This document shows, piece by piece, positions 10,999 to 23,199 of a stretch of DNA of 40,482 nucleotides. A program made the translations under genes and the position numbers. Origin of the DNA: Nemertoderma westbladi. Its lineage: Eukaryota; Animalia; Xenacoelomorpha. The stretch covers positions 1 through 40,482 of the forward strand of contig JAUCBJ010003303.1 in the NCBI GenBank assembly GCA_032718475.1. The letters are read 5' to 3'. A model generated the notes under the pieces. The model made no database searches. It was given only the letters and a program-made list of their open reading frames with translations, and was not told the origin of the DNA. How positions within the stretch are numbered: position 1 is the stretch's first letter; each line of letters starts with the position of its first letter.

Positions 10999-12608
10999 GG
11001 GGGGGGTACGGTACACCCCCCTATGGACCTTTTTTGCAAATGGCTATAATTTCTGCTTGTGTGTAATTTTGTATATTTTATACCTTTCGGGGGATTAACA
11101 TATGGCCAAAGATTGGGTTCAAAAAAAAAATTTCAAATTTGCGTCGCCCTCTAGCGGCCACTAGCGAAATTGTTAATTTCACTAAAAACACTACTAGTCT
11201 CACAATTTTGGGCGAAAATTTTCGAAACTTGGTTTTTCTGAATCAGCATCCTCGGCTCCACAAAACTTATCGGTTACATTTTTTATTTAGGTCTTAAATA
11301 TGTTTTAAATATTATTAACTAATATTAATTATTACTTAATATATATTAACTAATTTCAAGAAATTAATATGGCACAATTCAAAATTCTAACCGATAACTT
11401 TTGATCAAAACCCGAAAAGAAATCAAACAAAAAAAAAATTTCGAGAATTGGTTAAGAAATGGCTGAGTAGTAGTATTTTGAATGTGAAAAATACAATTCC
11501 GAGATAAACGCATTTAAAGTTTAAGAACAATATATTTCAAATGTTCCCGCTATTTTCAGTACTGGTATCTCCTTTTCTTTTCCCATTGGTTATCCCCTAT
11601 CCATATTTTGTGATTTCTCAATGGATTTCATGAAATTTGGTTCAAAAAAACCCCTACCCACTTTTAACAACCTGTTAAAATAATTTTAGAGTGCTTTCCA
11701 AAAAACACTTCGCGCAGCACGTGAACAAATTACATTTTGGCGTATTGATTTAATCGCATACTATTTCGTCATTTAGTAATAAATAGTCATGGAATAATGA
11801 GATAACCTTAAGAAACATTCAAAATTATATAAAAATTTCCACTTAATTTTATAATAAGCCTTTACACAGAACATTAAGCTTTGCGCAGCACGTGAAACCT
11901 TCGCGCAGCACGTGAGACATTTGCGCAGCAGGTGAAGGTTTCACGTAGCACTTAAATTCTTCATAAAGCACGTTAATTAATCGAGCACCTCGGAAAGCTT
12001 TTTGATCAGAATGAGAAGCCTTCACGCGGCACATGAAAAGTTCATGCTGCACATGAAGACTTCGCGCAGCACGTGAATTATTCTAAGAGCCTGCGGAATT
12101 AAAAAAAAATAAGTTTATGTTGTTTCCCAGAATAATTATTACTAGCTATTGTTATATGATGGTTCACATTTGTTATTACTAGTAGACAACTAGTCCATTA
12201 GACAACTGTTCAATATGTAATACAAAACTCACAAATATCTATTAAATATATATTAATTAAAATTTGACGGACATGTTGACAGACAGACAGACATACAAAC
12301 AGACAGACAAACTGAGAGACAGACTGAGATACAGACATAGTGATTAGATAATTCCAAATATTAAAACAGACATCGACATTAAGAAAAATCTTAACAGTAA
12401 ACATTTCAGATTGCTTATTTTATGCCCTTTTTAATATTTCGATGGACAGACAGACAGACATACAGACGGAAAACCAGCCATTACTCGAGAAGTAAAAGAG
12501 ATCTCGCTAAGCCGTTTCCAGATTTGAAATCCGCATTAAATTCTACTCTAGATGAAATAAAAAAACAAAAAATGAAAATTTTGACCTGAGGGGGGGTGTA
12601 CCCCCCCC
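10999..12608. mobile_element. Kolobok-like non-autonomous element
   Basis: TTAA TSD at 10995-98 and 12609-12; termini GGGGGGGGTAC...GTACCCCCCCC (purine start, unlike the CC start of piggyBac). Excision restores the PLE frame. Internal ~20-bp ttcgcgcagcacgtgaa repeats at 11709-12078. Confidence 0.8.
12266..12470. repeat. Degenerate (GACA)n microsatellite blocks
   Basis: gacagacagacagacatac runs at ~12266-12337 and ~12441-12469. Confidence 0.75.
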
Positions 12609-13347
12609 TTAATAAGAGGTGACAACAATTTTGCTAAAGCATAGTTAGGTGTATTAATACTAGCTACTATCGGTCTTAAGGGAAAGTTCTCTTTATGCAC
12701 CTTCCCTAAGCCATAAAGTATCCCTGGTTGACAACCTGTAGGTGCTAAATTATTATACTCGGTTCTTGAAAAAATGCCATCTAGATGCAACTTCCACAGG
12801 CATTTTTGGATTCTGACTTGCCGATTAAGAATTATCTTCAAGGGGTCACTGGCGACTTTACTAAACTTGGATTCATCGTTAAGGATTGAATCCATGTTCT
12901 TAATATAGTCGGAACGATCGAGAATAACTAAACCGTTAACTTTATCCTGTTTTATAACTACGATAGTTTTGTTTTTCTTGAGTTTCTTAAGTGCCGATAG
13001 TTCATCTTTAGATACGGCGCGGAAGGGCAGTCTCGTATATCCATGTGCTGCGGAAAGTGCGATATCTTTAAGGCGAGTTCGGAACCGTTCTTTACCCAGA
13101 ATATTAGGTTCTCTTCGAACCTCATTAAATAAACGTTCGAAAGGCGGGAGATAATCCTCAGGGACAAGTTTATTTGGTGGAAGGGAGAAGCGTAAACCTC
13201 GCGCTAGTGCTGATCGTTCGATTTCTGACAACGCATATGATGAAAGATTAATAACAACTTTATTAGTATCAAGTGTTGGTGGCAATTGAATACCGGTACG
13301 TCGTAAAAAGGCGAGTTTGTTAGTAAGTCTACGATTCCATTGTTTAT

Positions 13348-14929
13348 GAGGTAGAATAAAACGTCTGTCCTTATCTGATCTGATCTGATCTGATCTGACA
13401 GCATCTGATCCTACAACCAATCAGGAGAAAGAAATATAATATTTACCTAACTGTCTGTTAGGTAAATAGCCAGTAGCTGAATAGGGGATCACGTTTCACG
13501 TTGCCCTGTTAAGTATCAGTATCAGTATCATCATATGAAGTAGCAGTACAGGCATACCGGTATGCATCTAAGTGCACAAAGGCATGTAATTATATTTATA
13601 TATTATATTAAAAATGCGATATAGGATGAAGGTTTGTTACGCTAAAGGCAGAAAGGGAAGGCAGGGAGGGGTATCTCTAAGCCTACTGGGTAGGCCTAGT
13701 GTGTATATGAAGAAACACTTAACATGCCCCATATTGCCAGCTGATACAGTGGTGTTTACAGTATGCCTAGACGATGAAGGAATATCTGAATACGGGAAGG
13801 TGGATGGGGATGTGGGATGTGGGAATTAATAAACGCTGTTGTTACCTTCCAATTGAAGGAAAAGAGCAGGTTACAGCGGCTGTAATTTCTAACCAAAACA
13901 ATAAACGACAATTGTTACCTACCAATTGAGGGAAAGGAACAGGTTACAGAGACAGGGTTTTCTAACCAAAACAATAAACGATTTTGATACCTACCAATTG
14001 AGAGAAAAGAGAATGTTACCGCGGCTGACTTTTCTAACCAAAACAATAAACAACCAGCGTGCACCTTCCCACATTCCCATCCACCCACACACCCATGTGG
14101 CAATAATAGGCTGATAAATAATTAGCATAAACATAATTAGTTAAGTACTATTATGTAGTAGTAAGGTATTCTGGTATTCTTCACATGGGCTAAGAATACC
14201 AGACTTTGCCGTTATATTTCACTTTGCAGTTACCCCCCCCATGTGAAGAATACCAGGTTTTCACCAAAAACACAGGTTACAGAAGGGCTGAATATAACCC
14301 AAACAATAAACGAATTAGTATATGTCTGTATGTACAGGTTATAGCCATAAATAAGCTCTCTATAATACACTTAATAAAGATAAACAAAAAAAATTAAAAT
14401 CTGCATACCGTATATAAAATTCCAATAAAAGTCGACCGAAAAGGTAAATCCTGGTATTCTTCACATGGGCCGGCATCAAAATTTGGCTCCAGCCGCTAAA
14501 AACAAGTTTAAAATTTCTAGCTTATTTTATTTGAATTCCTTTTAGTTCGTTTCAGTTAGTATCGTTGTTTCAGAGGGGGAGGTGTTATATTGACCCCCCC
14601 CCCCCCGTGTTTAAGGGGAATACCGGGGAAACTTCACATGCTGACATGGGCAGAAACTCCAGTAGGCCTACTCATTTAGCTATCATTTAAGGATGCAAGG
14701 CAGAGATTCCTCGTTAAACCCTTAAAAACATTCGTGCCGAAACGAAAACTACCTTGGCCCCCATCAGCCCATGCCGGGATTGAACCCACAACCTCCACGA
14801 GACGTGAATTCAATATAACCACTACACCAAGGTGGACTCTGAACCAAGGCTGCAAGGTGGAACAAGTGTCAGATACCGTCAGATCAGATCAGATCAGATC
14901 AGATAAGGACAGACGTTTTAGCCATCCTA
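13348..14929. mobile_element. Mutator-like (MULE) non-autonomous element
   Basis: 9-bp TSD attgtttat at 13339-47 and 14930-38; ~60-bp imperfect TIRs containing taaaacgtctgtccttatctg(atctg)n; three ~72-bp internal repeats at ~13828-14050. Confidence 0.85.
14620..14837 (-). mobile_element. tRNA-derived SINE nested in the MULE
   Basis: The minus strand shows A box TGGTGTAGTGG (14829-14819) and B box GGTTCAATCC (14786-14777), followed by a non-tRNA body. The 3' boundary is approximate. Confidence 0.6.
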
Positions 14930-15425
14930 ATTGTTTATCCAACCCGTTAATCTGTTTACTTACAATACCCTCAAGGTGAACCCAGTCAAGGAAGTTTATC
15001 TTTTCTTTAAGTCCTAATATAGTAAACTCGAGATCTTTCTTAACTGAGGAGACTTCCCGATGTTTCTGTCTAATTTCTTCACGAAGGAAACGTTGTTGAG
15101 ATGCGCGATATTCTTTAGATGAATTTATTCTAGCATTTGCAAGTTTAAAATGAAGGAATTTTGGAATAAGATCTATATTGTAACATTCTTCTAAGAACTC
15201 GAGATCTCGGTTAAGTTTGTTAAACTTAACGGATAACCTCTCGTATCTGCCAGTCTGCGGTATGTCTGTAACATAGCGTCCCCATAACGCTGTATAATAA
15301 TTCTAGAAACTGGAGTAGATTGGGGGAACCGGATGGAAATAAGGAAAATTAAGGCCAGCGAAAAAATCTTTAGTTTAAACATATTAAGTATAGTTTAATT
15401 ATTTGTCGATATTATAAATAGTGAA

Positions 15426-15468
15426 CTGCAGACGTTTCGGTAGAAATCATTTACCATTATCAATGCAA
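15426..15468 (-). ncRNA. Minimal type I hammerhead ribozyme in the PLE pseudo-LTR
   Basis: tgca-TTGATAA-t-ggta(aatgatttc)tacc-GAAA-cGTC-tgca, located between the GIY-YIG stop codon and the next ORF start. Confidence 0.8.
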
Positions 15469-15564
15469 TAATGGAATATAAGCATAAAAATATTACAATA
15501 TAAAACAGAAGAAGTACAGTAGTAAATAACAGGTGCACAAATAAATAAAGTGGGGGTTATGGAA

Positions 15565-16293
15565 CTACAAAAGGTTTAGAGCAATCGAAGAAAATTTTTG
15601 GTTAAGGGTCGGGCGCATTTTTCTAATAAGTAGTGTTTCTTTGATATGTAAATTATAGGAGTTATTAGCAGATCCAATAATTTTAAAGTTTGATGAATTA
15701 ATCGGGTGGTCCTCCTCAGTGGCGTGATCGAATATAGCAGAGTTTTTGGGTGCGTTGAAGGTACTAGTAAGATATGAAAAACCAGAATGTTCCGCTACAG
15801 GGCGTATCGCAAAGTGCCCTTTAGTGAGACCAATATAGGAAGCATTACAGCTACCACAGGATATATAAAGGATTTGCGACCGCATATGTACTGGAATCTG
15901 GTCTTTATATTTGAAAAGGTTAGATATACGGTAGGAAGGCTTGAAAATAACTTTCAGTACTATATTACTAAAAAAGGCAGATCGGAAAAGTTTAATTAAT
16001 CTCGCTTTAACTATAAAACCGTGTGAACCAGTAAAAGGTAAAATAAGGTTTATCGCACGCTTTTCTGAACTATTCGTAGAAATATTAATATCAGGAGGTT
16101 TGAATATTCTAGAAAGAAAGGTTCTTAAAGCACTATCAATAAGCTGCAATGAATAACCATTCTTATGTAAGGTATCTCTAAGAGTATGTACTTCTTTAGA
16201 AAACAGAATATAACTAGACGATATTCTAAATATTCTAGAAATAAGGGTTAATAATAAACCGAATTTATATTGGAAAGGAATAAAGCCAACCAC
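15565..16293 (-). CDS. PLE C-terminal part (RT thumb plus GIY-YIG endonuclease) forming the upstream pseudo-LTR
   Basis: L.KNGY, CGSCNASYIGLT, R..EH, SAIFDH....H, L.IKETLLI....PTLN. Near-identical to the fragments at 9514-10865. It is 5'-truncated, so the listed start is not a real start. Confidence 0.9.
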   Translation of the reverse strand: MVGFIPFQYKFGLLLTLISRIFRISSSYILFSKEVHTLRDTLHKNGYSLQLIDSALRTFLSRIFKPPDINISTNSSEKRAINLILPFTGSHGFIVKARLIKLFRSAFFSNIVLKVIFKPSYRISNLFKYKDQIPVHMRSQILYISCGSCNASYIGLTKGHFAIRPVAEHSGFSYLTSTFNAPKNSAIFDHATEEDHPINSSNFKIIGSANNSYNLHIKETLLIRKMRPTLNQKFSSIALNLL

Positions 16294-16388
16294 CCCCCCC
16301 CCCCCCCCCCGCCGCCCACTTGTGTTTATGTATTTTAGTCAGACATCATCTACCTACCGATACCTTTACAGCTTTATGTAAAATCTGA

Positions 16389-16595
16389 TTTATTTATTTG
16401 TGCACCTGTTATTTACTACTGTACTTCTTCTGTTTTATATTGTAATATTTTTGTGCTTATATTCAATTATTGCATTGATAATGGTAAATGATTTCTACCG
16501 AAACGTCTGCAGTTCACTATTTATAATATCGACAAATGATTAAACTATACTTAACTTAATATGTTTAAACTAAAGATTTTTTCGCAGGCCTTAAT
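16389..16595 (+). repeat. Inverted copy of the PLE UTR and ORF start
   Basis: Reverse complement of 15348-15549 with a few substitutions and a 5-nt duplication. Confidence 0.92.
16470..16512 (+). ncRNA. Minimal hammerhead ribozyme, second (inverted) copy
   Basis: TTGATAA 16475-81, stem II ggta/tacc 16483-86/16496-99, GAAA 16500-03, predicted cleavage after GTC at 16507, stem I ttgca/tgcag. Confidence 0.8.
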
Positions 16596-16897
16596 ATTCT
16601 ACAAAGTATATTTCGTATCAATTTTAAACTTAAATTTATACCGGTACTGTACAGCTGTATGGGTACCCCACTCTCAGACTCTGTGCTGGATTATGTGATT
16701 CCACATAGTGTATAGTGTACCCTTGGCCAGGCACTGTAGGTGTAGCGGTTTGGCGGTGTAGGTATTAACGCTGATTATAGGATTAATTTGTAATTGATAT
16801 AATAAATACTGATGTAGGTACTGGTATTAACTGATTAACGTAATTAAAACATCAGAAGATATAGCATTGTTGATTATTTATTTTTTTGTGGTAAATT

Positions 16898-17203
16898 ATG
16901 AGTGGATTGTTATCAGAAGCTGGTCTCAACACTCCTGACCTGTTACAACAACTCGCCTTACTCGCGTGGCTAGACGACAAACCCGGCGGTCTCACTGCTT
17001 TCAAACGTATATCCCAGTTCCGAGTTGGTTACGAAATCTACCAACGTATTTCCGGGAACCGCGAACGTGAGGTGTATCGCGCGCAGTGCATCGCCGGAAT
17101 AGCGGAATTCGTAAAGAAAAACCCGCGCGCATCCGAGGAACAACTAGTCGCAGAAATTCGTAAACATATCGCGGCATTCACCCAGAAAATTAATTCTATG
17201 TAA
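16898..17203 (+). CDS. Small uncharacterised helical protein (101 aa)
   Basis: Clean ATG-to-TAA ORF, GC/CpG-rich against AT-rich flanks like the neighbouring host genes, with natural amphipathic composition. No named domain recognised. Confidence 0.7.
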   Translation: MSGLLSEAGLNTPDLLQQLALLAWLDDKPGGLTAFKRISQFRVGYEIYQRISGNREREVYRAQCIAGIAEFVKKNPRASEEQLVAEIRKHIAAFTQKINSM

Positions 17204-17681
17204 TACAGTTATAAATAATTACGCTTCGGTTCGATTTACTCTTATATTGATTTGTTTGTTTATATACGGATTCTATATAATTATTGTGACTATCTCTGTA
17301 TATCTTCATTATTCTTTGAGTCTGGAATCCTTCATTATTCTCTTTTTAAATCAACTCACCGATAACTGACTTAGCCGATGAGTTTGAGAGTGGTGACGGT
17401 GGGTGTTGATTATTTAGTTTACAATTTTGAGGTCCGGATATCTGGATATTAAAGATCTTTCGCTTTGCAACTTTATGACAAACTCACTGGACGTGTCTGT
17501 CTGTGTGTCTTTCTGTCCACGGCAGTATTGTAATCACATAAATCGATACCGTCTGACCGTCAACCGTTATATATTCCGGACCGGGACGGGTACGTATATA
17601 GGCCTCACATCTACGTTATTCCTCCTCTACTATAATATATAATTTAAAATCCCCGCGATAGACACATCGCACCCATCATAT

Positions 17682-18713
17682 ATGCCTTTCAGTTGGATGG
17701 GCGCAGGTTCGTTTAAGGATGGCTCGGTGGCCAACTGCTGCGCTTCGTGCAACTCCGAGTTCGGTTTACTGAAACGACGTCACGTCTGCGTTCTGTGTCG
17801 GCGCGGATTCTGTTCCAACTGCGCGGCCAAACTCTCGAGTCCCTCGGCTTCCGGTAGCGTCCGGATATGCGGCTCGTGTCGCGTGTTCGCCAACCCGGAG
17901 GCAAGTCGTGAAGATATCGCGAGACTGAGGGTCAAGGACCTCCGCTACTATCTGTCCTTCCACGGGATCGACTCCCGGCAGTGTACCGAGAAGGCCGAGC
18001 TGGTTGAGTTGGTTGTCCGCGGATTGACCCGTGGACGGGATGCGGCGAGTCAGCCTAGCAGCCCGACGCGGTTCCCACAGCAGCCGACCGGTTCCGCTAG
18101 TATGTCTAACCTCGCGGCGGCAGGTCGAGAAGCCCAACAGCGGGGCAGTAGGAATCCATCGAGTCCCGGATTGGGCGATTTTATCGAAGGTTTACTTAAC
18201 AACGTGCGGAACCTAACGGAGTCGGCGGGGCAGCCGCCGGGAGCAGCGGGGGGTTCGCAAGCTCGCGTGGCTCGACGCTACGCCCCCCAACGGCCCCCCC
18301 GGAATCCCTCTCCGCCTCGTCGGCCTTCCCCCCCGTCTGAAACGAAACCGCCGCGAGATGTTCGGTCGTTCAAGTCTGAGTTGGAGATCGAGAGACTCTC
18401 CGGGAAGGAGTTGAAGGAGATTCTACAGGAGAATCTCGTGGATTTCCATGGATGTTGCGAGAAATCCGAGTTGTTCGATAAAGTTAAACTCTTATGGGTT
18501 GAGTCGAAGGCCGCCGCTGCGAATAATATGTCTGCTGAATGTCTCGATATGGGGGATAAGGATCTGTGTAAGATCTGTATGGACGGGGTTATAGATTGTG
18601 TGCTGCTGGACTGTGGCCACATGGTGACCTGCACGGACTGCGGCAAGTTATTGTCTGAGTGCCCAATCTGTAGACAGAATATATCCCGGGTAGTTCACAC
18701 GTTTCGTTCTTAG
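17682..18713 (+). CDS. RNF34: RNF34/RFFL (CARP)-family E3 ubiquitin ligase
   Basis: N-terminal FYVE-like finger (C..C...FGLLKRRHVC..C...FC..C...C..C), two SAP-like motifs (LRVKDLR.YL...C.EK.EL; LSGKELKEIL..N.VDF.GCCEK.EL) and a C-terminal RING CKICMD..IDCVLL.CGHMVTC..CGK.LSECPICRQ...RVVH.FRS. Confidence 0.95.
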   Translation: MPFSWMGAGSFKDGSVANCCASCNSEFGLLKRRHVCVLCRRGFCSNCAAKLSSPSASGSVRICGSCRVFANPEASREDIARLRVKDLRYYLSFHGIDSRQCTEKAELVELVVRGLTRGRDAASQPSSPTRFPQQPTGSASMSNLAAAGREAQQRGSRNPSSPGLGDFIEGLLNNVRNLTESAGQPPGAAGGSQARVARRYAPQRPPRNPSPPRRPSPPSETKPPRDVRSFKSELEIERLSGKELKEILQENLVDFHGCCEKSELFDKVKLLWVESKAAAANNMSAECLDMGDKDLCKICMDGVIDCVLLDCGHMVTCTDCGKLLSECPICRQNISRVVHTFRS

Positions 18714-21390
18714 TTTCTTGTGGATCATTTATGTTTAGGGTAATGTCTATATATGGAGTTTGCATTACCCTATATTAAGTAATTGTGATTAACTCTTTAG
18801 GCATGTATTAATTGTTTTACTTAGCATGCTCTGGAGTTCTGGTGCAAAATTATTTACTACTTTATTATATGATTTTAAACTTTATGATACCCAATTTTGT
18901 TGTAATGAATATATCTTATACATGTACCAAATATAATAGGGCCTATATACACATATACACGAACTACACAAGTACATTCTGCTCAGCATTTCACCAACAT
19001 TCTTTGAGGTTTTTTGCCACTGTTGTAGCACTACGGTTCACAATTAAGATTTTCATTACCCCCGAATGCATTTTTTCAGTTTTTATTTTTTTTTTCAAAA
19101 CCGTCAGGAAGATGAAAAATGTTTGTAATATATATGGTAAAGTCACAATGCCGCAATCCTTTGATGTTTAGCGCTGAGGGCCTCACCGATATGCTTGATC
19201 ACCGCGACATCATAACTCATCGGTTGAACGAATAAGTGTGGTGAATACGACACTGTGACAAAGCGCTAACGCACCTCGAACAACCACAATGTAGTGCAGT
19301 TGGCTTTGGTTTTACCTACTCAGCACCTCGCCGCGACGTTACCCTCTGAGTCGCATTGCGTTGCAGCGCGGCCTGTGGGAAGTGGAGAACTTCCATTTTC
19401 CACACGATTAAGTTGCTTCCCATATAATGTAAGCTAAAATCGCGTTCGTTCACCACTTACGTACCATTTTTTTTAGAAAAAATTTTAAAATGTTGAAGGG
19501 GAAATATCAGGTCTACACATAAGAATAAATCACTTTCATTTGTTTTTCTTAATTGCGCTTATATAATGTTTTATTTCGTTTAATTTGGTGTTTAAAAGTC
19601 CGAATTTTTAAAAAATAAAGCTGTACTTTGTTGCTATTCTGTGCGTGCCCCGTGCATCAGATACTTTTATATCGTTATTTGTGTATATCATTAAATTCGG
19701 AGAGTTGTTTCCGGCTGCCATTTACGTTACCTAAATTTATTTTCGATTTCTTGTCTGATGAAATTTTGAATATCTTTCCAATCTTTTAGTTATTCACCAT
19801 TTCCTAATTGGATTATTTCAGTTAGACGTTTACATAAACTTCTATAAAACCCGACCCTCTAAAACCTAACCCAATACTAAACAATTTTTGGGTAGAGTTG
19901 GACGTTTGGGAGACTTTACATTGCAGGAGTGGCGAGACAGACCCTAATTAAAATTATCATGGTAACCTTAACATTAATCAATGTATACCTAGTGTTGTTA
20001 CCATAGTCATAATCTAAGAAATTGAGCGGAATAATTGCGTAAGGGCCGTGATGGTAACCGAATGGTTACATGACAATATTAATTAGAGTTTGTGTCTGAT
20101 CAATATACCCAAACCAAAAAACTAACTTTTAGTTGGATCTAAAGCGTCCCGGAATTTAGAGTCTCCTGGCCGCCTGGGTCCTGAGATCTAATGTCCTGAA
20201 ACAAGTTGGACGATCGTTCACTGTCTACGCTTATGGCGTAACGCAGATGTACAAGCGGATAATTACCAAACGGTGTCGCGATTGTAATATGTATAATTTC
20301 TGAAGGAAGGAAGATATTGCTATTGAACAACTGAGGCTTCGTTCGCATAAGCTATGTTGTTCTTCTTGAAAACTAATTGATATTTAAAGACTTTATTTTT
20401 TGTAAATATCTAACCAATGGCTGAAATTTTAATTAACACGAGCGTCAACCGATCTTCCTTGGCTTTTGTTGCAGTTAAAATTTCATCCAAATTTTCCGTT
20501 CGAAGTAAAATTATGAAGCATTTGAACCTCCGTTATACGAACGGACATTCAGACTACAAATACTGGTGGATGTTATCTTATTCTTCGCAAAATTTAATGT
20601 AATTTTTTTTATTTAATTTAATAATTTTTTAAATTGATGATATAATTTCTGTTTATTTATTTATTATTAATTAAATAACCTCATGACACAAGATAATTAA
20701 GGAGCCTAGCCCTAATATTTTTAAATTTATCGATGTATTAATTCTCATAAACAGTTTCATTTATATAAATTTATCGTTTTGTGCCAAAATGTTATTCGTA
20801 TTTGTCCTTGTTTATTCATATAATATTAGGTAAATTTTTTTAATTTATCAATATAATATTTCTGTTAACATCGACAATATTATTATCGTGTACTCTAAAT
20901 CGTCTTTATTCGTTATATATGACATTCCCTTGGTCCCAGGAAGCCCAGACTGGCCTACCAAGGAGATATTTTGCTAACCTAACACATAATTTTAACGATT
21001 ATCTAATATAAAAATATATAAGACCCCGATGAGGTACAAGTGAAACACATACCGGTAGTAACATTAAAATGAAAGCGAGCAATCATTTGTAGCGGTGAAG
21101 TGTATGAGTAATGTAATGTTGAGAATTCTAATCTCCATTGTCGTGTTTAATTTTATTATTTATTTTCCAATACATAAATAAACCAAGTATCGAGAATAGC
21201 ATATTTTACCTTGATTAGAATCCCTGATGTGGTTCTTGTTGTTTTCATTTTGTTGGTTGTATCGAATTTGAGCGCTAACACACCTCCACCCCCCCTCCCC
21301 CCCACAGCCACGACAGGTGTAACAATATAATGACTATTGATTATTTTTGGATTAGTATCGGTATTGGCACTTTATTAGACCACTATATAA

Positions 21391-23199
21391 TTCCTATTTG
21401 TTGACACATTGGTATCGGATATCCTATTTGTTGACACATTAGTATCGGGTATCCTATTTGTTGACACATTGGTATCGGATATCCTATTTGTTGACACATT
21501 GGTATCGGATATCCTATTTGTTGACACATTGGTATCGGATATCCTATTTGTTGAGACATTGGTATCGGATATCCTATTTGTTGTCACATTGGTATCGGAT
21601 ATCCTATTTGTTGACACATTGGTATCGGATATCCTATTTGTTGACACATTGGTATCGGATATCCTATTTGTTGACACATTGGTATCGGATATCCTATTTG
21701 TTGACACATTGGTATCGGATATCCTATTTGTTGACACATTGGTATCGGATATCCTATTTGTTGGTACATTGGTATCGGATATCCTATTTGTTGACACATT
21801 GGTATCGGATATCCTATTTGTTGACACATTGGTATCGGATATCCTATTTGTTGACACATTGGTATCGGATATCCTATTTGTTGACACATTGGTATCGGAT
21901 ATCCTATTTGTTGACACATTGGTATCGGATATCCTATTTGTTGACACATTGGTATCGGATATCCTATTTGTTGACACATTGGTATCGGATATCCTATTTG
22001 TTGACACATTGGTATCGGATATCCTATTTGTTGACACATTGGTATCGGATATCCTATTTGTTGACACATTGGTATCGGATATCCTATTTGTTGGCACATT
22101 GGTATCGGATATCCTATTTGTTGACACATTGGTATCGGATATCCTATTTGTTGACACATTGGTATCGGATATCCTATTTGTTGACACATTGGTATCGGAT
22201 ATCCTATTTGTTGACACATTGGTATCGGATATCCTATTTGTTGTCACATTGGTATCGGATATCCTATTTGTTGACACATTGGTATCGGATATCCTATTTG
22301 TTGACACATTGGTATCGGATATCCTATTTGTTGACACATTGGTATCGGATATCCTATTTGTTGACACATTGGTATCGGATATCCTATTTGTTGTCACATT
22401 GGTATCGGATATCCTATTTGTTGACACATTGGTATCGGATATCCTATTTGTTGACACATTGGTATCGGATATCCTATTTGTTGACACATTGGTATCGGAT
22501 ATCCTATTTGTTGACACATTGGTATCGGATATCCTATTTGTTGACACATTGGTATCGGATATCCTATTTGTTGACACATTGGTATCGGATATCCTATTTG
22601 TTGACACATTGGTATCGGATATCCTATTTGTTGACACATTGGTATCGGATATCCTATTTGTTGACACATTGGTATCGGATATCCTATTTGTTGACACATT
22701 GGTATCGGATATCCTATTTGTTGACACATTGGTATCGGATATCCTATTTGTTGACACATTGGTATCGGATATCCTATTTGTTGACACATTGGTATCGGAT
22801 ATCCTATTCGATGACACATTGGTATCGGATATCCTATTTGTTGTCACATTGGTATCGGATATCCTATTTGTTGACACATTGGTATCGGATATCCTATTTG
22901 TTGACACATTGGTATCGGATATCCTATTTGTTGACACATTGGTATCGGATATCCTATTTGTTGACACATTGGTATCGGATATCCTATTTGTTGACACATT
23001 GGTATCGGATATCCTATTTGTTGACACATTGGTATCGGATATCCTATTTGTTGTCACATTGGTATCGGATATCCTATTTGTTGACACATTGGTATCGGAT
23101 ATCCTATTTGTTGAGACATTGGTATCGGATATCCTATTTGTTGACACATTGGTATCGGATATCCTATATCCTATTCGATGACACATTGGTGTCGGATAT
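21391..23199. repeat. Homogeneous 30-bp minisatellite, ~60 copies (atcctatttgttgacacattggtatcggat)
   Basis: 59 in-phase units at 21391-23160 plus one degenerate unit; no spacers. Confidence 0.99.

Larger units (their letters stand above)
9514..15382 (-). mobile_element. Penelope-like element main ORF, split by three insertions and lacking the RT core
   Basis: Starts MFKLKIF...IRFP...RYG at 15382. Removing the insertions rejoins LDKQ|WNRRLTNKLA, PLI|KPIENS...VSYDIKSLYTNIPV and the GIY-YIG region. TNIPV is fused directly to KARLIKL, so the YVDD region is deleted. Confidence 0.9.

Noticed and set aside
12180-12515. Helentron/DINE-1-like element suggested by GACA repeats and a cgaga...tctcg hairpin
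   Set aside because: Subterminal inverted repeats and boundaries could not be defined.
12548-13420. Stand-alone 290-aa gene
   Set aside because: It is a PLE fragment whose ends read into the flanking MULE and Kolobok-like TIRs.
17713-18646. Antisense and alternate-frame ORFs over RNF34 (likewise those over WD40 and Bel/Pao)
   Set aside because: Shadow ORFs of GC-rich coding sequence with no recognisable motifs.
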